Shown piece by piece: positions 23,318 through 34,489 of a stretch of DNA of 64,000 nucleotides. Made by a program: the position numbers and the translations under genes. This DNA is from Lama guanicoe (Eukaryota). Below the pieces are notes generated by a model. It did not search any database. It was not told the DNA's origin and worked only from the letters and a program-made list of their open reading frames with translations. The stretch lies in contig MU054323.1 of the NCBI GenBank assembly GCA_013239625.1, forward strand, positions 18,742,819-18,806,818. Reading direction: 5' to 3'. Position 1 is the first letter of the stretch; every line of letters starts with the position of its first letter.

Positions 23318-24493
23318 ACTGTCACTATTTTTCAGATGACATGATACTATACATAGAAAACCCTAAAGTCTTTACCAAAAACTATTAGAATTAATAAATG
23401 AATTCAGTAAAATTGCAAGATAGAAGATTAATATTCAAAAATCTGCTGCTTTTCTATAAACTAATAGTGAATTCTTAGAGAAAGCCAAAAAAATCTTATT
23501 TAAAATCATATCAAAAAGAATAAAATGCCTAGGAATAAACTTAACCAAGGAGATGAAATAACTGTACTTTGAAAACTGTCAAAAATTGATAAAGGAAACT
23601 GAATATGATACAAAGAAATGGAAAGATATCCTATGTTCATTGATTAGAAGAATTAATATTGTTAAAATGCCCATACTACCCAAAGTAATCTCCAGATTTA
23701 ATGAAATCTCTTATCAAAATACTCATGATATTTTTCACAGAACTAAACAATATTAAAATTTATATGGAACCACAAAGGACCCTGAATTGCTGAAGCAATC
23801 TTGAGAAAAAGGAACAAAGCTAGAAGGATCATGTTCCTTAACTTCAGACTATACTACAGAGCTACAGTAATCAAAATGACATGATAGATTAATGGAACAG
23901 AATAGAAAGTCTAGAAATAACCCCAAGCACTTATGGTCAATTAATCTAAGACAAAAGATGCAAGAATATACAATGAAAAAAAGTTTCTTCAATAAGTAGT
24001 GCTGGGAAAACTGGATAGTTACATGTAAAAAATGAATTAGAACATTTCTTCTTACTGTATAAAAATAAACTCAAAATGGATTAAAGACCTAAATATAAGA
24101 CATGAAACCACAAAACTCCTAGCAGAGAACATAGGCAGAACACTCTGGCATAAATCACATACATTGTAGCAATATATTTATTTTTAGATCTGTCTCCTAA
24201 AGCAAAAGAAACAAAAATAATAATAAATAGGACCTAAATAATCTGAAAGCTTTTGCACAGCAAAGGAAATCATCCACAAAATGAAAAGACAACCTACTGA
24301 ATGGGAGAAAATATTTGCAAATGACATCACCCATGAGGGTTAATATCCAAAATATATAAACAGCTTAATATGAAAAAAGCAAACAACTTGATTGAAAAAT
24401 GATCAGAAAACCTGAATAGACATTTTTTCCAAAAAAGAAATACAGATGACCAACAGGCACATTAAAATATGCTCAATGTTGCTAATCATTAGA
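23318..24493 (+). mobile_element. L1 ORF2 segment (RT core to C-terminal region), the inverted part of the same insertion; frameshifted and dead
   Basis: Starts at the RT motif L-S-L-F-(x)-D-D-M-I-L-Y-I-E-N-P-K (CTGTCACTATTTTTCAGATGACATGATACTATACATAGAAAACCCTAAA, with a 1-nt insertion) and runs to ATGCTCAATGTTGCTAATCATTAGA. Confidence 0.93.
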
Positions 24494-25794
24494 CATATTT
24501 TCTAACTTTTTTTGTGTTGCATGTAAAATTTCTTGTGAATTTCCTACATTATACTATTTAAACATTTTATTACATTCTTTTGGTGTCTGTTTTAGAAGTT
24601 AAATTTTGAAATATCTTAGAGCTTTATGAACTCCATCTGTCTTTGATAATCTGTCAAATATCAGGTTGTATAATTAGCAATATTAAGATAAGTATTTATA
24701 GATCACATTTTAAATCATCTAAACCAAAATACAACTAATAGATCATCTAGTTCTCAATATGAAGATAAGAAAACTGTGATCAAGAGAGGCATGCAGGCAG
24801 AAAGTGATTGAATAAGATCTGGAATTCAGATTTTTGGAATATTAGTAAACAATATTGATCTGATCACATAGAAAAATGAAGTGCCTACTCTATATGTTAT
24901 CAAAATATCTCTTAGCCTTTCTCCACATGGGATCTAGTGCAGATTTCACATATTTGTATGGTTTTTGTTTCTTAAAAATTTTATCAGAAAATGTTAAAGA
25001 TACTAAAAATATAAACATACAAAGCTGTCAATGTTGAATAGTAATTCTCTGTACCTCATACACATATTCCCACCTTCTTATGTTATTCTTCCAGGAATTT
25101 ATAGGTGTTTGTGCCTTTACATATTTTGCATATTGCTCTATTACATTTTTTATTTAGTATCATCTTCAATAAAATGCGATTACCTGAATAGATATCTTAC
25201 TACATATACTATAGTGAAAACTTAATCAGAATAGATATCTAGTCTTATTTATAATTGTTCTCTCAACAGTTTTAGTAATCTTTCACAAATTATTCATACA
25301 GTGGATTACATAAAATTAAGAAGTAAACTGATGAGATTACTGAAGAGACCTTATGAACCAGATGAATGAATTCAAAGCCATTGGATGGGGTAGTTGTGAC
25401 TGTTAAATCAGAGCAGTAGGATTCAGTACATCTTCATGCATTCAGACAAATGTAAATTTTCATTGAGATAAGTGGATGCCTGAGATATGCATCACAGGCA
25501 GGACCATGGAGAGCTCTATGGTTTGCAGTCCATTTGCTCCAGGCTGCAACTGGGTTGATTTCACTCTTCTAGAATTAGACTCAATAGGTTTAAAGGTATT
25601 CCAACCAACTATTGGGATTACTGGATCTATTTCTGGAGAAACCCCTAAAGTAAAAGTGGGATTTCTCCAGAAATCACTCATTTTTGGAGAACTTACGGTA
25701 AAATCAGTTTAGGGAGGTAGAGGGAGGTAGTCAGAATCAAGTAAACCTATTTAACATCTTAAGTGTGTATGTATATAAAGTTTTTACAAGTGGA

Positions 25795-26382
25795 ACAATA
25801 AATATTCATAGCCAAGACATGGAAACAACCTAAATGTCCATCAACAGATGATTGGATAAGGAAGCTGTGGTATATTTACACAATGGAATAAATGAAATAC
25901 TACTCAGCCATAAAAAAATAATAAAATAATGCCATTTACAGCAACATGGATGGACCTAGATATTGTTATTCTAAGTGAAGTAAGCCAGAAAGAGATAGAA
26001 AAATACCATATGATATTTCTCATATCTGGAATCTAAAAAAGGAAAAAAGACACCAATAAACTTATCTACAAAACAGAAACAGACTCACAGACATAGTAAA
26101 CAAACTTATGGTTACATGGGGGAAAGGCATAGAAAGGGATAAATTGGGAGCTCAAGATTTGCAGTTATTAACTAGTATATATAAAATAAATAAACAAGTG
26201 TCTTCTATATAGCACAGGGAAATATATTCAATATCTTACAGTAATCTATAATGAAAAATATGAAATGAATGAAATATGAAAATGAATATATGTATATGTA
26301 TGTATGACAGAAACATTATACTGCACACCAGAAATTGACACATTGTAAACTGTTTAAATTTTAAAAATTTAAAAATTAAATA
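25795..26382 (+). mobile_element. Camelid/cetartiodactyl-type L1 3' end
   Basis: ATAGCCAAGACATGGAAACAACCTAAATGTCCATCAACAGATG, GCAACATGGATGGACCTAGA, TACAAAACAGAAACAGACTCACAGACATAG, ACACCAGAAATTGACACATTGTAAACTG and an A/T-rich tail. Confidence 0.92.
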
Positions 26383-26399
26383 AGGGTAAAGAAATGTAT

Positions 26400-26590
26400 G
26401 AGCCATAGAGTTAGGCTCTAGGCTTGAAATGCTGATAGTTCAATTAGGAATTATTTGACCTTTACATAGTTCAGTTTCCACATACATAACATTAAAATGA
26501 GACCTAATGATAGTGTTGTTTTGAGGGGAAAAAAAAAGAGAGCAAGTAAAATACCTGCCACATTATTCTGATATATTAAGTTGTCAAAAA
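26400..26590 (+). mobile_element. MIR SINE (diverged)
   Basis: TTATTTGACCTTTACATAGTTCAGTTTCCACAT...ATAGTGTTGTTTTGAGG...GTAAAATACCTG. Confidence 0.55.
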
Positions 26591-26624
26591 CTATTTAATA
26601 TCATAATATACTCTAAATTTTAAT

Positions 26625-26835
26625 GTATCATTTTGACTGCTGTGTGGAGAATGGATTATATGAAAAAGAGTGAAGCAGGCAGATCAGTTCAGAAACAATT
26701 ACAGGAGCCCAATCCCAAACGACAGTGGCTTGGGAGCATAGTGAGAAAACGTGAACTGACTTAAAATGTATTTTTGAGGTAGAGTTCACAGGACTTGCTA
26801 ATAAATTGTGTAAGGTTTGAGGGAGTAACAGAGAC
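26625..26835 (-). mobile_element. LINE-2 fragment (continues at about 28310-28475)
   Basis: ATCATTTTGACTGCTGTGTGGAGAATGGATT...GAAGCAGGCAGATCAGTT...GTAGAGTTCACAGGACTTGCTAATAAATTG. Confidence 0.7.
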
Positions 26836-27935
26836 TAACAAATCAACAAAATAAAAAGGCAGCCTATGGAATGGGAGAAAATATTTGCAAACCATATATC
26901 AAATAAGGGGTTGAGATCCAAAATTTATAAAGGAGTCATATAATCAGTAACAACTGCCACCACCGCAAAATCTGATTAAAAAATAGGGAGAAGAACTAAA
27001 TAGAAAATTTTCAGAGAAGAATCCACGTGGCCTGTAGTTACATGAGAAAAATTCTCAACATCATTAATTGTCAGGGAAATGTGAATCAAAACCATAATGA
27101 GATATCACCTCACACCTGTAAGAATGGTTATTATCAAGAAGATAAGAGACAACAAGTCTTGGCGAGGATGTAGAGAAAAGGGAACCTCCATACACTGTTT
27201 GTAGGATTGTATGTTGGTTTAATCACTACAAAGGACAGTATAGAGATTCCTCAAAAAATTAAAAATAGAAGGACCATACAGTCCAGGAATCCCACTTCTG
27301 GGTATATATTCAAAAGAAACAAAAACAAGTTATTGAAGAGATACAGGCATTCTCATATTTATTGCACCATTTTTCACAATAGTAAAGATACAGAAACAGC
27401 CTGTGTCTGTGAACAAATGAGGCGATAAAGCTGTGGCATTGAATACCATTCAGACATGAGGGGAAAGGAAGTTCTTACCATTTGCAGCAACGTGGATGGA
27501 CCCTGAAGACATTATCCTAAGTAAGAGAAGTCAGACAGAGAAAGACAAATACTGTGTGATATCTCGTATGTGGAATCTAAAAAGAACTGAAAACAAACAA
27601 ACAAACAAAAACCAAAAACCAGAGAGGGGAATGCTGATTACCAGGGGCTGCAGAGTGCGGGATTAGGAGAGATGTTGTCTAGGGGTATGTGCTTGTGACT
27701 CATAGATGTAAGGACAGTATGCTAATTATAGACAACAACATTGTACTGTAAATAATAAACTTGCTAAGAGAATAAATCTTAATTTTTCCCAAGGAAAGAT
27801 AATCATGTGACGTGACAGCGATGGTAGCTAATGCTACAACGGCAATCATACTGCAATATAAATGTATCAGCTCAATATGCTGTACCTCTTAAAATTACCA
27901 AACGTTATTCATTTATATCTTAATAGAAAGAGAAA
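26836..27935 (+). mobile_element. L1 (L1MA-like) ORF2 end plus 3'UTR
   Basis: AAAAGGCAGCCTATGGAATGGGAGAAAATATTTGCAAACCATATATC, GAGATATCACCTCACACCTGTAAGAATGG, GCAGCAACGTGGATGGACCCTGAAGACATTATCCTAAG, followed by an L1MA-type 3'UTR. Confidence 0.9.
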
Positions 27936-28099
27936 AATGGACAGCTGTGTACTGTAAAAGCTCACAGATATTTAGCAGAAGGAAATGCTACCTATATTAG
28001 TGATTTTTTTAAATGATAGTTGTTTACTGTTGAAAAATATTTTGATAAGATATATAGATATTCTTTCCCCACCTAGTCCCCAAACTTGAACCTCTTTAT

Positions 28100-28650
28100 T
28101 TTAATTTTCATTGCACTTAAAAAATTCCAAGTTATTGTATACTATGTAGATTGTTTATTGTCAGTCTTCTTCTAGTATGTAAGCTCCTTGAGAGGAGGAT
28201 TTTTTTCACTGATATAGCCTAATAATCTAAAATGATACTTAGCATAGTTGATGTATAATAAATATTTGTTGAATACATGAGTGACTGACTATATAAATGA
28301 AAACAAAAATAGAGAGAGATCAAGGTGGACTACTATATTTTTGGCTGTAGGAACTGTGTGGGTGATGGTGTTACTTTCTAAAATAGGAAAGACTGAGGAA
28401 GGTAGGTTTAGGAAGAAACAAAACTCTTGGACATGAAAAAGCTGAGATGCCCATTAGTCATCCAGGTGGAGATAATGATGCATTAACTAACAATAGCAAC
28501 TAATAAAATGTGCTATCATTTCCTTAATATCTATATTCTTCACTAGATCATAACCTCTTTGGGAGCAAGATTTGTGTCTGCTTTACTCACAATTTTAATT
28601 TTCTACATGGGACATCTAGCCACAAAAGAAACATTGGTGAATAAATACAT
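28100..28650. mobile_element. Cluster of L2 fragments (two plus-strand 3' ends flanking a minus-strand piece)
   Basis: TAGTATGTAAGCTCCTTGAGAGGAGG...AATAAATATTTGTTGAATACATGAGTGACTGA (+); GAGATGCCCATTAGTCATCCAGGTGGAGAT (-); CACTAGATCATAACCTCTTTGGGAGCAAG (+). Confidence 0.65.
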
Positions 28651-30279
28651 GTGCTTATAGTTACATTATATTGGGGTAAATATGTATAACTAGTAAAATG
28701 ATACACAAAATAAAAATGAGTGAGATAATGGGTGTTTGGCCAAATTTAAAGTGCTGTACTTTTTTTTCATACTTTTAAAGATGATAATGAAATACGGGGT
28801 GAAATCTAAAACCTATTCCACATCTAAATACGAGGTTGAGGAATTTTGGAGGACAGAGGTCTCTTCCTGTCACCTTTAAAATCACATTGTTGGGAGTCAC
28901 TCAGAGAACTTGCCTTTATAAAGAAAAAAGTGGTTTGCTGCAACATGGCCACAACTGTCCTCCAAGAAACATGATGTGAGACCCATCTCACAACCCTTTG
29001 GATGGATGGACCTCCCCCCACATCGTTTCCATTATGAGCTTCTGGTTTTACTTTGTCTTCCTGCATCAACATCTTGGAAATCTCAGCCTTGCTGTTTCTT
29101 GCCATTCAGCGTTTGCTGATGCCATCTGCTTGTTGTTCTGTGTGGCAATGAAATCACCGCGTTTAGATGGTATTTAATCCATTTTAAAAGTTGAGGAGAG
29201 CCAAGGAGAACACTTTTATTTTGGTCCCATTTGGTATGTTGTTTGAGCCCAGGAATTTCTTGAGTGTTTGTACAGAGTTTGTACAGCAGTGTCTCACCAA
29301 AAAAAGAAAAAAGTCTTGATGTCAACCTTGTTTCCTTTCCATTGAGTAACTGGCCCTGTTCAAATTGTTGACTCTTTGAAATTAGATTCAAGTTTCATAA
29401 AAACTTTATCATTCTTCCTTTTAGAAAACTTTTTCACAAGTGAAGACTATCCAAAGAGAAGAAAATTACACTTAATTAAGAAAGCTAATTTGTGAATTTG
29501 TAAGATTGACTCTTAAAAATACTGTAGTCAGCTACCTCATCTTTTCTTTAGGTGTGAGTCAAAAATCATGTTTTTAAGATTTTTACTGATAACCATTTAT
29601 TTTAAGTAAATGGTATTTAAAAAAGTAAGGTCATCTGAAAAGATATTCATTGAAGTGATTAAAATTAAAATATATCTGATTTAGAAGTAAAATAAAAGGT
29701 GTTGATTTATGGTTGTATCAGATAATTACATATTATCTTAAGTATTAACAATTGTAGGATTATAGGGTGAAGTTATTGTGGAAGACTTTCTATTAAGTAA
29801 ATTACTTATCTCTGTTTCATTAGGGTTTTTTTTCCCCTGGCTTTTATTTTGTTCTTTCATTTGGAACCTACTTCTCTGTCTTCTCATTTTGTTTAACTTT
29901 CAGTTTTGGTTTCTATTAATCAGATAAAACTGCTACTTCTCTTGGTCTTGAAGGAGTGGCCTTGTGAAAATAGCTTGCACCCGGGGGCTTTGGCGGGCTG
30001 GCTGGAGCTGGAGGTTGTGTGAGCCAGGAGCAGTCTCTGGGGAGCGCTGCATCTGAAGCCACTTTGGTGGGGCAGCAGGAGGCGGGGCAGGCCCAAGCAT
30101 GGTGAGTCCTTGGGAGACTCCAGCAATGCCGCTTGCTCTTGCTTTCAACCCGGAGAGGTTCCAGCACTTCCCTGGTGGTTTGCACAAGTTCTAAGGTTAG
30201 TAAATGAATTTCCTCCCAGTGTAGTGTAAATGCCCTTTAAATCACTGTTTTTGTTTGTTCGTTTGTTTGCTGTATTTGG

Positions 30280-30615
30280 GGGTGGGGGGCGGCAGCCTTA
30301 AGAGAGTAGGCACTGGGGCCCAGGCCAGTTTACAATAGCTTGCACCTGTTAAGAGGTAAATGTACGCATGCGCTAGCAGCGTGAGTCAGCATTATGAACA
30401 CCACGCATGCGCCAACAGCGTCCTAAAAGGATAAGTGCGTACACCAGTGCGCTCGCCGTCTGCGCCGCCTCCGCCTGTTTGTACTGCTGAAGTGCTGTTT
30501 TGCTCCATGTCGGCTCTTCGGGCATTATGTCAGCTCCTCACGCCTTCTTCCAGGTGGGGCGGCTCACCTCCTCGAATCCCTCTCCAGCCTCCGGCAGCTG
30601 ACAGTGGGTGAGTCT
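30280..30615 (+). promoter_or_regulatory. Small CpG-island-like promoter with candidate first exon
   Basis: I count 19 CpG in 30361-30600. NRF1-type ACGCATGCGC at 30364-30373 and 30403-30412; MARE/ARE GTGAGTCAGCA at 30381-30391; GC box GGGGGCGG near 30285; consensus donor TGG|GTGAGT at 30607/30608. Confidence 0.65.
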
Positions 30616-32193
30616 GTGCTCTACCTCTCAGCATCCATCCTGTGGGTTGCTGAATCAGGGATACTGTGGATACTGTTTTACCATCTTTCCTACCTGTTTC
30701 CCTGTGGTTCTTCTATCAGTAGCTGTTCAGTAAGCCCTCAGGTCTTCTTCAGGACGAATCTATATGCAGGTGTAGATTCAGTGCGTCCAGGGGACAGGGT
30801 GATCTCAGGGCTTTCTACGACAACAACTTGGACCTCTCTATCTACAAAATCTTTATTGCTTAGAAGACAAGCTATGTTAAACAAAAATTTGCTAAGCCTC
30901 TATATTTTTAAGTCACACACCCCTTCCACATGAAAATACTGACATAAAATCTTTCAATCAGTCCCAATTCGCTACTGCAAAGTATTTCCATAATGACCAT
31001 AGCTAGAACTAGAGAGATCCCATAAATGACTGTTAACTCAAATTTATTCATAAAAACTTTTTAGTATTACACTAAAACAAAATGAGAAAGCAAAATGTAT
31101 ATATTTCTTTACCACATTGATTGAATGAGTAGGGACATTCCTTCCCTAAATAGTCATATTTATATGTTCTCCCCAAAGGAGATTTTTAATCTGTCGTGTT
31201 TTATCCATTTTAAGGTGAGTTTTAAGACACGACTGGATAGAAGAAGAAGAGTGTAAGGTTCAGCCTTTTTTTTTCCAATATTCATATGAAACACTCAAAT
31301 AGTCCATTAAAGGCAGCATAAGAGCAAGTGAGGCAGCCTAAAGGTGTAGGTCAAGGTGGAATAGAGGACAAACAAAGGAAGTGAAAATAGGAGTCTCAGG
31401 ATGAGATGGAAATAATTTATTCAGGAGCACTTTCAATACTGGCTGCAGTGGACTGGGTGGTCAGAAGCTCGTCTCCTGGACCACATCCCCAAAGGAAGTT
31501 TTCTGTTGGCTTCTTCCTTGGTGGCTAAAAGGAGCATTTGAATGTTTTCTCGATTGTGGCCTCGCCCTCGGAAGACACCGGTGTCATCTTGGCAACAATA
31601 GCACATTCTGTTGCTAGCCAGGCCCTCCCAGAGTTAGGGAGATGAATTACAAAACCCCTTTATTCTCCTGCAGAGTGTGTTGTGCATCACAAATGCTGGC
31701 GTTTCTAAGGGAGATAGCAGGCATATTATTTTCTGATAGATTGCTATATCACATATATAGATATATAGTGATATATCACATGTATCGGATATATTATTTC
31801 CTTAATTTTAGTAAAATAAAGTTGAATTTTGATGCATACCAGGACCAAGACAGAGGACACTTTGTTATCATTTGATTTAATGAGATTTGGAGGTGATTCT
31901 CCACAGATGATTGATTATAGCTAGGATAATTCTAGCAAGCTGACATTTGACAGATCAGATTTTGTTAACTTAAAAATTTTGTTACACTGTCCCTTGAGAG
32001 ATATAGGGGAACACAGTTCCACCATGTGGCCTTTAAGTGTTGTCTTCTACAGAGGCTTCTGTTTTGTGGTCAAAACGTAGCTGTGAAATAGACATCTCTG
32101 TTCACTGGGGGTGAATCTCTGGCCAGAGGATGCCTTATAAAGTTTGCAAGCAGCAAGTCAAAGTGGGAGCTTGGACAAGTATGATGGATTTAC

Positions 32194-32214
32194 GTGTGTG
32201 TGTGTGTGTGTGTG
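32194..32214. repeat. (GT)n microsatellite
   Basis: Short GT dinucleotide run read directly from the sequence. Confidence 0.9.
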
Positions 32215-33896
32215 TACATGCCTGTGTGTAAATGAGAAGAGAGAATAAACCTAAATGCTTATTTGCAAAAAGGTCAGAGGAGAGGGAGACGGAAATAAGG
32301 AAAAGAGGAGACAAGTGTTAATGTTTTACCTTCAATACAAACTAGAACTAGAAGCATAAGGAGAGTAGAAACAACTCTTTCTGCTGCCTCTGAAAACATG
32401 GCTGAAAAAAGAGACCATCAGCCTTAGCACATGGAAAGCTTCAAATAAAAAAGGTATTCAGTGCTGATCTGGTTCCCAAAGAATTATAACAGACAACGAA
32501 ATGCCCACAGAAAATGCATGCAGTATGAGTTCCTCAATGTGTTCATCTGAGAAGGGATTTTGGAACACCTGGCTTCCCACATGTGGCTGGGAGACAGCTA
32601 TCGCCGAGTGTGTCAGATCTTTGCAAGACCAGGCTGGCATTCTAGGATCATCTAACACTTGAGATTTTATTTTTAGTCTAGCTCTGTTGTTCAGATTAAT
32701 CACATTGACAAAACTGATGTTGAATATTGCCATTTTGGAGGGTTCCTCACTTTATTATTTAAGGTTTTTTTATTTTTTAATTTTTGGTTCATGGTTCAGG
32801 TTTTATTCTACATCCAGGGAATACAGTGATCCTATAGTTTTAATTTCATTTTCTTTGGCCTTGATGATACTTAGGCTGTCATTTTGGTCTTCATGATCTA
32901 TAATTCCTGACCTGAAAGTGAGTTAGTCTCGTCATACAGCACTTTGCAGTTCAAGAAGGCTATTTTCAGTAAGGTTAAACTTGAGTAGTTCTCCTGATTG
33001 CCTTGAGTTCCTATGCTTCCTTCCAAGGTGATAGGTCAGGGAGGTCAAGAGTGGTTAGTGAAGCCGGAGAAAAGCAGAGGAAGAGGAGAAATACCGTGTA
33101 GGATTTCCAAGCATGGAGAAACGTCCAAATATATAATTGTTATATTTCAGTGGTAGTTTTAAGTATTATGCAATAGCATATTTAATTTAAATAGTTCGTG
33201 TATACGATCGGTAAATTTTGGATGTTGTTTTAAGTTTAAAGAATGAGAAACCTTCAGTCTGAAAGGTTGATTTATTGTTAAAGTGTATCATATCAGACAG
33301 TAATAAATAACACAGAAGTGAGACATGGGAGTTGAAAAGTTAACAAACACATAGACTTAAGAATAAAGGGAACTAGATTTCAAGAACTGTGTGTCCTGAA
33401 AGTGTTCTGATACGTGCTATTATAATTTTTACAAGTTGGGAGTAGGAAAAAGCCATAGCATTGTGGTGTCCGAACTCAGATGCACAGAAAGTGTTCATGC
33501 ATTAAGTGAGTTAAATTATAGCTACATATTAGAATATTTATTAGAAGTCTGTATTCTAAATTCCCTTAGCAGCAGCCAGTAATAGCCAAGTTTGACTAAA
33601 TTTAATTGACTGTGTGCTTTAGAAATCTGTCAGGTTTCTTGAAAGCAGGGACTTCATGTTATTTGGATTCTATCTCTGGCACCAAATGAAAACATGAATT
33701 TCAAGTACAGAAACAATATGTTTTTGTACAAATAGGTCCCATATTCTAGTCTTCTGCATGTCTAGGAATAAGCATTGATTTTTCCGAATTCATCTGCATT
33801 ATCTAATATTGTCTATCAACTATATCTCAATGAAAAAGTAACCTATAAATGTACATTTATTGTCAGAAATTTAAACGAAGGAGAATGATTTTGACT

Positions 33897-34108
33897 TAGT
33901 AGCTAGTAAAAATGTTTTTCTGTAAAGGGCTAGGTAGTAGATATTATCAGCTGTCTGTTGCAGCTGCTCAGCTCTGCAGTGTTAGTGTAGAAGAAGCCAC
34001 AGAGAATACCTAAACAGGTGGCCATGGCTGTGATCTGATAAAACTCCACCGACAAAAACAGGTGGCAGAGTGGATTTGGCGGGTGGGCCATGGTTTAGGC
34101 ACTCCTCA
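33897..34108 (+). mobile_element. MER58A-like hAT-Charlie DNA transposon
   Basis: TTTTCTGTAAAGGGCTAGGTAGTAGATATT...TCTGTTGCAGCTGCTCAGCTCTGC...GCCATGGCTGTG...AAAAACAGGTGGCAGAGTGGATTTGGC. Confidence 0.85.
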
Positions 34109-34489
34109 TTTGATGGTATCATTAAATTCAGTATTGATTTCCCATCATCTTCAGTCTCACTCCTTGCCTGAGTGATAACCATTTCCTGTGTTTACCTTCA
34201 AATAGGTTGCTATGCGCGGAGACACATACACTTCTTCACACAAACAGGAACACGTATTATGGGACATGTTTTTTCCACTTGGTCTTTTCCACATACCTAT
34301 TGGAAACCATGTCATGATTACATAGGTAAATCTACTTTATTCTCTTTCCCTGATGCCTATTATTTTATTGTATACATGCTCTAGAAGGTGTTCTAAGTCA
34401 TTCCCCTGTGGATAGATTTTTAGATTGTTTTAGTTTTGGGTATTTCAGTTAATACTAACAATGTATATTATCTTTCATAGACTCTACAC

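Noticed and set aside
25460..25712. Overlapping sense/antisense ORFs considered as a possible endogenous viral or pseudogene fragment
   Set aside because: No recognisable viral or cellular motif, and no poly(A) or TSD of their own. A tBLASTx/HHpred search would be needed to reopen this.
28975..28992. Hairpin TGTGAGA-CCCA-TCTCACA
   Set aside because: A 7-bp stem is at chance level for this window size.
29916..30187. Three overlapping minus-strand ORFs
   Set aside because: Explained by high GC content and few stop codons; no recognisable protein.
31744..31793. Nested palindromes around GTGATATATCAC
   Set aside because: Derived from low-complexity (AT)n sequence, which is inherently self-complementary.
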